A stretch of DNA of 64,000 nucleotides, taken from positions 32,001 through 96,000 of the forward strand of contig CAVYNH010000005.1 of assembly GCA_963769885.1 (NCBI GenBank). The letters run 5' to 3'. Source of the DNA: Methanobacteriota archaeon. Lineage in GTDB: Archaea; Thermoplasmatota; E2; DHVEG-1. The notes below the pieces were generated by a model, which made no database searches, had not been told where the DNA came from, and was given only the letters and a program-made list of their open reading frames with translations. The position numbers and the translations under genes were made by a program. This document shows positions 57,804-64,000 of the stretch, piece by piece. Each line of letters starts with the position of its first letter. The stretch's first letter is position 1.

Positions 57804-59768
57804 TCACGAGATGGGGAGCAGCGTCAGCGTGTGCTCATCCCAGAAGAGGATTGGACAGACCGTCGGCTCTCGATTCGACGTCCAGACGACCTGGGAGAGA
57901 TTTGACAAAGCCGGGCCCTGACGGGGCTCTGTGGCTTGACTGATGTACCCAGTCGCATGGTTCACTAATCTGTAACTAAGGGTTGATGCGTCGATCTTCT
58001 CCACCCGCAGGTTATACCAGCCGTTGTATAAATACCCGTTTGGGCTGCCGGAGGACAGCGTAATCCAGCCGGAGGCCGTCTGGTACGACAGCCGCGGTTG
58101 GTACGCCGCGGAGCCGATCGCGCCAGCGACGTACACGTACTCGAACTTGAGCTTCGCGATGGTCACCCCGCCGAGCGCCTTGAAGTCTAGAGTGAGGTCC
58201 GCGGGCTCGCTGCTGTTGCCGCAGGTGAACCAGCAGGACCAGGCGATGAGCTCGCTGTTCAACGAAGTGAGGGTATAGTTCCAGTATTGTGCCCCGGCGG
58301 AGGCGCGCAGCTTAGTCTTGAACGATTGGGCTGTGGAGAAGAAGTAATCAGAGGCGACCTCGAAGTTGCTGGTGACGTCCCGCTGGCTGGTTTCGAACCA
58401 GACCTGGCCGCAATAGGAGTCGAGGGCTTTACCGCCTACGGTGTCGTCGGCGTCCGCAAAGTCTTCTATGAGGGTCGTCGGCGGCGCGTAGGACCAGACT
58501 GTGATGACCGTAGGGTCGTCGTCCCCGGTGTCGCCGTCCCCGTCCTGGTCAATGAGGTCGTCGATGGCCGGGTCGTCAGTAAGTTCGCTTTTCTCGTTGA
58601 TCCCATCTTCGTTTTCGTCCCAGTACACAGTTCCCTGGTTGGAGATCTTTGTGGAATTTATCAGTGAATGGTTGACGGTGACCTGGAAGCTTATTGCGAC
58701 GCTGCTCTGTGAGGGGATGGCGCCGTCCCAGTAGACTTTTTTCGCGGTGGCATCATAGGTGATGGTCCCAGAGCCGCATGTTGCGGAACCGGGGACGTAT
58801 TGGGAGTACCGTGGGATGTGGTCTTCGAATTCATGGCCCGGGTTGTTGTTCTGGTTCGCAGTCCCGATGTTGCTGAGCGTGAGGTCGTATTCGATGATGT
58901 CGCCGCATTGGACGAGGCCGCCGTTGAGGTCCACGGCGGTTTTGCGGGCCATGATCTGGGCTTTGGCGTAGCCGGAGAAGTGCATGTTGTCGATGAAGGC
59001 ACCGCTGTTGAACTGGTTGTCACCAGCATCGAAGAGGTCTATGGTGACGGTGACCACCTCGTCTGGGGAGACGGGGTGTTCACGGCCGACGAGTGCGGTT
59101 GCGCCGGCGTCGGCCCCGTGGACAACCGGCGTGGTCTGTAGCCAGTCTACGCCTGTAGGGTTTCCATCCTGCGCATAGAGGTTGAAACCGGTGCCCAGCA
59201 AGGGTGGGTCGTTGGCGTGCAGGACGAAGTCGCCGCCGTTGACGTCGATGAGGTAGGTGGAGAGGCCTTGAGAGGGCGAGTTGACGGAAATGGTGAGCTT
59301 GTCGTTGTATTGGGTGCCGATGTAGTCGGGGTATTCGACGGTATAGAATTGGACGTCATAGTAGAGGAAGTGCATATAGTGGGGGACGCGCAGCTGCATC
59401 TGGAGGTTGGCCTCATCTCGTGGGGTGCCATATTGGCCTCCCACGAACCAGTCGCCGCGTTCGTTGCCGGGGTTCAGGCCGTTGGTGGTGGCGAATGTGA
59501 GGTCGGCGCGGCCAGTGCTGAACCAGGCGAAGGTGGTGCCTTCGGTGGGGATCATGGCGCCGCGTGAGGCGAGAACGGTGGACAGGCGGTGGCCGACAGT
59601 GTCGCGATCCCAGTAGCTGGAGCTGACGAGGGTAGATTGGTTGGTCAGCATGGCGACGGCGAGGTCGTGGCCGTCGTAGGATCCTGCTCTGGCGATGGGT
59701 GCGAGTGCCGGGATGATGGTGGCGGTCAGCATGAGTGTGATTGCTATGGCGAGTAGGTGTCTAGTCAT
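57804..59768 (-). CDS. Secreted adhesin-like protein (choice-of-anchor L-like, DUF11 and Asp-rich loop)
   Basis: Signal peptide from ATG 59768; EYPDYIGTQYND..DAGD..FNSGAFID; K...D.NGG....GD.IEY.L...N.G..D.IP....YVPGS (DUF11); DQDGDGDTGDDDPT. Confidence 0.75.
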   Translation of the reverse strand: MTRHLLAIAITLMLTATIIPALAPIARAGSYDGHDLAVAMLTNQSTLVSSSYWDRDTVGHRLSTVLASRGAMIPTEGTTFAWFSTGRADLTFATTNGLNPGNERGDWFVGGQYGTPRDEANLQMQLRVPHYMHFLYYDVQFYTVEYPDYIGTQYNDKLTISVNSPSQGLSTYLIDVNGGDFVLHANDPPLLGTGFNLYAQDGNPTGVDWLQTTPVVHGADAGATALVGREHPVSPDEVVTVTIDLFDAGDNQFNSGAFIDNMHFSGYAKAQIMARKTAVDLNGGLVQCGDIIEYDLTLSNIGTANQNNNPGHEFEDHIPRYSQYVPGSATCGSGTITYDATAKKVYWDGAIPSQSSVAISFQVTVNHSLINSTKISNQGTVYWDENEDGINEKSELTDDPAIDDLIDQDGDGDTGDDDPTVITVWSYAPPTTLIEDFADADDTVGGKALDSYCGQVWFETSQRDVTSNFEVASDYFFSTAQSFKTKLRASAGAQYWNYTLTSLNSELIAWSCWFTCGNSSEPADLTLDFKALGGVTIAKLKFEYVYVAGAIGSAAYQPRLSYQTASGWITLSSGSPNGYLYNGWYNLRVEKIDASTLSYRLVNHATGYISQATEPRQGPALSNLSQVVWTSNREPTVCPILFWDEHTLTLLPIS

Positions 59769-59775
59769 GGTCCCT

Positions 59776-62112
59776 TCAACCCCCGATGTAGTGATGTATG
59801 AGTAGTGAGAGGGATTCGGAGTAGAGGTCGTCGCGGATGCTGTTGTTTGGGGTGACGCGGCAGACCCAGGTTTGGCCAAGGCTGAGTGATTCGGAGACGA
59901 GGACACTGCGGTCTGAGGAGCCGGTGCAGGAGCAAAGGTAGTCTTGGTAGCATTGTTCTGATGGGAGGATGGTTGGGTAGATCTTGACGTCGTCGATGGT
60001 GCCGGTGAAGTTGTTCTCTCCTCCGAGGGGGATGCCGGTGACTTCCAGGTCGTCAATGGCAAAGAAGCTGGTGAGGGCGCTCGTGCGCCATTTGAACTGC
60101 AGCGTCAGGCTGGTCAGGGCCCGGGGCAGAGTAATGGTGACTTTGGCCCAGGGGCTCTGTCCGCTGTAGGTGGGATTTGTGATTTCGTAGAGGGGAATCC
60201 ACTGGCTGTTGTTGCGGTAGTAGAGGCCGAAGAAGTCGGCGGCGGCGGTGTTCTTGCGGCTGTACCAGAATGAAATCTGGAAGTCTTTGTAGCCGGTGAG
60301 TGGGATGGCGGTGCGGTTGTAGATGGCGTATTCGGGGTCGAAGTCACCGGTGCCGCCCAGCGAGTAGCTGCCGGTGTGGGGGACGAGGATGGAGGTTGGG
60401 AGGAGGTCGAAGTCGCATTCGAGGCGGCCGTAGCTGGTGGCGTTGAGGTAGAGTTGGTCGATGTAGACTTGGCTGTTGTCACCGTCAGCGTTGCACATGA
60501 AGCGGATGAACATGTTGGTGGGGAAGCGGTAGGTGGATTCGTTGACGTAGACAATCTTGTGGTACCAGGTGCTGGTTGCGTAGCCGCTGGGGTAGGTGAT
60601 GGTGAGGATGTTGGTCCAAGCGGTGCCGTTGTAGTATTGGAGCCACCAGGTTTTGCCGGTGGACCAGGTGTTGCCGCGCCACATCCACCAGAAGTCGATT
60701 TTGAGGGATTTGTAGCCTGGTGTGTCCATGTCGATGGGGGTGGTGAGTCGGAAGGAAGAGGCGACGCCGCTGTCGTCGCGGATGCCGGCAGAGGCGGTGC
60801 CTTCGTGTTTGTAGGTGGCGGAGCGGTAGGCGTCGGCGGAGGAGCCGTTGCTGCCGGGGATGTAGTTGCCCCAGCCGGTGTTGAAGTTATCGTACCGGAG
60901 AGTGGACCAGGTAGGGGTCTGGCTGCCGCTGGTGTTCTGTTCTTTCCAGGTGTCGCGTTCGGCGGTGGTTTCGAAGCCGGTCGTGAAGAGGGGACGGCGG
61001 GTGGAGGGGCCGGTGCCGGTGCCGATCTTGCCGGCGGGTCGATCGCCGGAGCCGAGGGGGCGGCCGGCGGTATGGGCTTGGGTGGTGGCGTCCTGGAGGC
61101 CATCGAGGTAGATGGCGGCGATGCCGGTGGTGGCGTCGTAGGTGGCGGTGGCGTGGTGCCAGAGGTTGTCGGTGACGATGCGGGTGCCGAGGAGGTCATT
61201 GGTGTCGTCAGAGGCGGTGGTGCTCCATTTGAGGCGGCTGTCGCTGACTGCGAGTTCGAAGTAGTCGCTGCGGTTGTAGGAGAGGATGGTGCCAGAGGCT
61301 TGGGTGGTTTTGAACCAGACTTGGATGGTGACCTGGGTGAGGGTGGCGGTACTGAAGGGGTAGGGGAGGGTGATGGCGTCGTGGCCGCTGTATTGGTAGG
61401 CACCGCCGAGGCGGCCGTTTTGGGTCCAGGTGGGGCCGGTGATGGTGCCGTTATGGTTCAAGGTGGAGTAGTCTTTGGTCGTGTCAGTGGTCTGGGTATC
61501 AAAGGGGAGGAGCAAGCAGGCGCGTGGGATGTAGGCACCGCCGTTGTATCGCATCCAGTTGTAGATGTAGGAGGTGGGGAGGGGGAAGATGGAGGGGTGG
61601 ATGGTGTAGCTGTAGCAGATGAGGTCTTCGTCGGGGGTGTCGGTGAGGAGGGTAGAGATGGACATAGGATCGAGGATGTGGGGGACTGGGCCGGGGGGTG
61701 TGGGTTTGGGTTTGAGGGTGCCTTGGAAAATGATCTCGGTGGTGCCGTCGGTGTTGCGGTTGACGACGGTGACGTTGATTAATTCGTCAGGGGCGAGGTG
61801 GTAGTCGGTGAGGGGGATGGTATCACCCATTTGCCAGGGATCGGTGTGATGGTAGGCGACGCTGTCTTGGCCTTGGGTGACGAGGATGTCGTAGTCGGTG
61901 ATGGTGGTACCGCCGACGTGTTGGAGGATGGGGGTGGCAGTCTCGTTGACGTAGCCGGCGATCTTGATGTTGGATTGATGGGAGGGCATGGGGAGGGGGA
62001 AGACTCTGAGGTAGATGACGGCGAAGGCGGCGAGGGCGATGACAACGAGGAGGAGTACGGCGATGACTTCTGATACGGCATAGGGTCTTCGGTAAGAAGG
62101 TTTGTTGTGCAT
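59776..62112 (-). CDS. Giant archaeal type IV (minor) pilin with LamG and MAM-like domains
   Basis: Class III-like signal RRPYA|VSEVIAVLLLVVIA, L.H.GG pilin motif; LamG WHH.TATYD..YLDG..F.G.IDDV.IY. Confidence 0.85.
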   Translation of the reverse strand: MHNKPSYRRPYAVSEVIAVLLLVVIALAAFAVIYLRVFPLPMPSHQSNIKIAGYVNETATPILQHVGGTTITDYDILVTQGQDSVAYHHTDPWQMGDTIPLTDYHLAPDELINVTVVNRNTDGTTEIIFQGTLKPKPTPPGPVPHILDPMSISTLLTDTPDEDLICYSYTIHPSIFPLPTSYIYNWMRYNGGAYIPRACLLLPFDTQTTDTTKDYSTLNHNGTITGPTWTQNGRLGGAYQYSGHDAITLPYPFSTATLTQVTIQVWFKTTQASGTILSYNRSDYFELAVSDSRLKWSTTASDDTNDLLGTRIVTDNLWHHATATYDATTGIAAIYLDGLQDATTQAHTAGRPLGSGDRPAGKIGTGTGPSTRRPLFTTGFETTAERDTWKEQNTSGSQTPTWSTLRYDNFNTGWGNYIPGSNGSSADAYRSATYKHEGTASAGIRDDSGVASSFRLTTPIDMDTPGYKSLKIDFWWMWRGNTWSTGKTWWLQYYNGTAWTNILTITYPSGYATSTWYHKIVYVNESTYRFPTNMFIRFMCNADGDNSQVYIDQLYLNATSYGRLECDFDLLPTSILVPHTGSYSLGGTGDFDPEYAIYNRTAIPLTGYKDFQISFWYSRKNTAAADFFGLYYRNNSQWIPLYEITNPTYSGQSPWAKVTITLPRALTSLTLQFKWRTSALTSFFAIDDLEVTGIPLGGENNFTGTIDDVKIYPTILPSEQCYQDYLCSCTGSSDRSVLVSESLSLGQTWVCRVTPNNSIRDDLYSESLSLLIHHYIGG

Positions 62113-62197
62113 CTGCCTACCCTGAAGTTCTTTCTGTTGCGCTTTGTTTATATGGGCTTCGTGGCATTTTCTCAGGGGTGTCATTTTATTGGGTTTT

Positions 62198-63085
62198 TTA
62201 GAACAGGAGTTTGAAGATGATGAAGCTGATGATGACGAGGATGAAGCCTTGGCGGATGCCTGCGGAGAGTTTGCCTTCCATCATGAAGCCGCCGAGCATG
62301 CCGCCGCCGAGGGATTGGACGAAGACGAAGGTGAAGAGCATGTTTTTGACTTCGACGGGGTCGATCTGGGCGATTCTGAGGTTGCCGATGGCCTTGCCCG
62401 CCATTTTGCCTTGCAAGCCTTCGATGGCTTGGAAGATGGTGCCGTTGATGATGAGGATGACGGCGAGGAAGACGAAGAAGCTGATGAAGATGACGATGCT
62501 ATACATCGACATCTCGGTGCGGCGCTGCTGCTCGACTCTCCGTATTTGGTCGAGTTCTTTGGCGGCGGCGTTGAAGACACTGCTTGTGTTGCCGCCGATT
62601 TCGAGGGCTTTATTGATCGTGATGGCGAGGCGTTTGACTTCGTTGCTGTTGAGGCGTTCGCCGAAGTTGGTGAGGGTGTCGGTGACGGGGATGCCCCAGG
62701 AGAGCTGGGCGCTGACGGTTTTGAGCTCTGGGGTGAGGGCGCCGTATTCGCCTTCCGCAGCGCTTCGTATGGAATCGTAGATGGTCATGCCGGAGGCGCT
62801 AGAGTTGGCGATGTCTCGGAGGAAGTCGGGGAGTTTCTCCATGACTTCGCGCTTGCGTTTCTGTTTTTTGCTATTGTAGAAACCGAGGGGGCCGATGCAG
62901 CCCAGGACGCCGAAGACGAGGTAGTCGACAGTGGACAGATACGGTAGGATGGGGTGGTTGATCATGGCGAAGAAGCCGAAGACGAAGAAGATGCTGGATA
63001 TCAGGATGCTGCCGGCGATGATGAGGTCGACGGTCTTGTCTTTGCCGTAGTGGCGGCTGACGTCGTATTGTTTCGTATGGGCTAT
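62198..63085 (-). CDS. Type II secretion system F family (TadC-like) pilus platform protein
   Basis: LPDFLRD.A....SGM...I...A.G.YG.L..E....LSWG; probable ATA start at 63085 (first ATG is 62965). Confidence 0.88.
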   Translation of the reverse strand: MAHTKQYDVSRHYGKDKTVDLIIAGSILISSIFFVFGFFAMINHPILPYLSTVDYLVFGVLGCIGPLGFYNSKKQKRKREVMEKLPDFLRDIANSSASGMTIYDSIRSAAEGEYGALTPELKTVSAQLSWGIPVTDTLTNFGERLNSNEVKRLAITINKALEIGGNTSSVFNAAAKELDQIRRVEQQRRTEMSMYSIVIFISFFVFLAVILIINGTIFQAIEGLQGKMAGKAIGNLRIAQIDPVEVKNMLFTFVFVQSLGGGMLGGFMMEGKLSAGIRQGFILVIISFIIFKLLF

Positions 63086-63945
63086 ACGTCCTCACCCATC
63101 CCTGATTTCATCATGACGTAGAAGCCGAAGTAGGCCATCGGCAGAATCATGAGCGACAGGACATAAAGGAAGCTGAAGGAGATACCGCCGCCGGTGAGGC
63201 CCATGACGGAGAAGATGATGACGAGAAAGAGGGGGAAGGCGATGACGGTGACGACGAAGCTTTCGGCCATGATGGCGAGGCTTTCGAGGTTTTTTTTGCG
63301 TTCTTGGAGGTCGTCGAACATGTAGCGGTCGACGCAGCGGTCGAAGAAGGGGGCGAGTTCGCTGCCGGATTGGAGGACTTCGACGATGCCTTGGAGGAAT
63401 TCCTTGAATTTGCGGGAGGGGCTGATGGCGATGGCGTTTTTAAGGGCGGTGACGGCGTCAACGCCCATGAGCTCGATTTCGGTGGTGATCTTTTTAGCTT
63501 CTTTTTGTACTTCGCCGTAGAGAGGGATGCCGGCGAGGGTGCCGAAGATCTCAGAGGGGCTGACACCGGCGACGGACATGGTGTTGATGAAGTTGGCGAC
63601 GTAAGGGAGATGTAGGTCTATCTTTTTTCCGCGGGCTTTGGCTTTGGAGGCGGGGAGCTGCAGGTAGACGAGGCTCATGAACAGGGGAATCGTCGTGGAG
63701 ATTACCAGGAGGAGTAGGGAGGTCGTGGTGGTTGGGAGGAGGATGTAAAGGACGAGGGTGGAGAGGAAGCTTGAGGTGAAACCAACGAGGATGTTCATGA
63801 TGACCATGGAGTAGTATTCCTGGTACACCATGCTGATGTCCGCTTTTTCGAGGAGGCGGTTTTTGCTGGTTTCACTGATGTTGAGTCGTGCGAAGATGGG
63901 GGAGAAGACCCGGCGGCAGAAGCGGGTGTAGTTCGTGGATTTCAT
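63082..63945 (-). CDS. Type II secretion system F family (TadB/TadC-like) pilus platform protein
   Basis: ID..LPY....M..AG, YGE...E...I......G.D...AL, SPS..F..FL.G.....SG, L...AE. Confidence 0.9.
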   Translation of the reverse strand: MKSTNYTRFCRRVFSPIFARLNISETSKNRLLEKADISMVYQEYYSMVIMNILVGFTSSFLSTLVLYILLPTTTTSLLLLVISTTIPLFMSLVYLQLPASKAKARGKKIDLHLPYVANFINTMSVAGVSPSEIFGTLAGIPLYGEVQKEAKKITTEIELMGVDAVTALKNAIAISPSRKFKEFLQGIVEVLQSGSELAPFFDRCVDRYMFDDLQERKKNLESLAIMAESFVVTVIAFPLFLVIIFSVMGLTGGGISFSFLYVLSLMILPMAYFGFYVMMKSGMGEDV

Positions 63946-64000
63946 TGCGCAAGCTCCTTTCTGGCGATTTCAAGGACGCGGTCGGGGAACTTGCGGTATT
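63942..64000 (-). CDS. 3' end of a probable type II/IV secretion ATPase (partial)
   Basis: ...YRKFPDRVLEIARKELAQ* with ATGA overlap into the platform gene; Y..P..V ending and position fit archaeal pilus ATPases. Confidence 0.55.
   Translation of the reverse strand, partial: YRKFPDRVLEIARKELAQ

Overview
Archaeal chromosomal DNA, most likely Thermoplasmatota of the MBG-D/DHVEG-1 type. This is an inference from Nop5, TgtA, the ftsZ-secE-spt5-rpl11 order, TATA promoters, and many large secreted Ig/PKD/beta-propeller proteins plus a gingipain-like peptidase. Housekeeping content: two MacB/LolCDE-like ABC systems (the second in a low-GC PadR/COG1361 cassette), UDG, DUF72, Dus, two B12-radical SAM enzymes (one Grs/Gms-like), a full phosphate regulon (pit, DUF47, AbrB-PhoU regulator / pstSCAB-phoU-arsC), smc-scpA-scpB, AlkD, a sulfotransferase, an MFS transporter, tRNA-Phe, tRNA-Asp, nadX/nadC, a KaiC-like ATPase and mtnA. 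The last 18 kb is a block of large surface proteins and a type IV pilus locus. No CRISPR array, integrase or transposase was seen. Most notable signals: (1) a conserved, non-transmembrane ~100-aa C-terminal domain ending in LIFVKI on two unrelated secreted proteins, one next to a C25 (PorU/gingipain-family) peptidase, which may be an archaeal surface sorting/anchoring system; (2) a second shared module on two neighbouring surface proteins; (3) strong C/A versus G/T strand skew that flips every ~5-10 kb partly independently of gene orientation; (4) nested domain architectures in a giant pilin and a DUF2341 protein; (5) a probable ATA start codon, two frameshifts and a decayed cysE fragment beside tRNA-Phe. 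All family calls come from motif recognition by eye; no searches were run.
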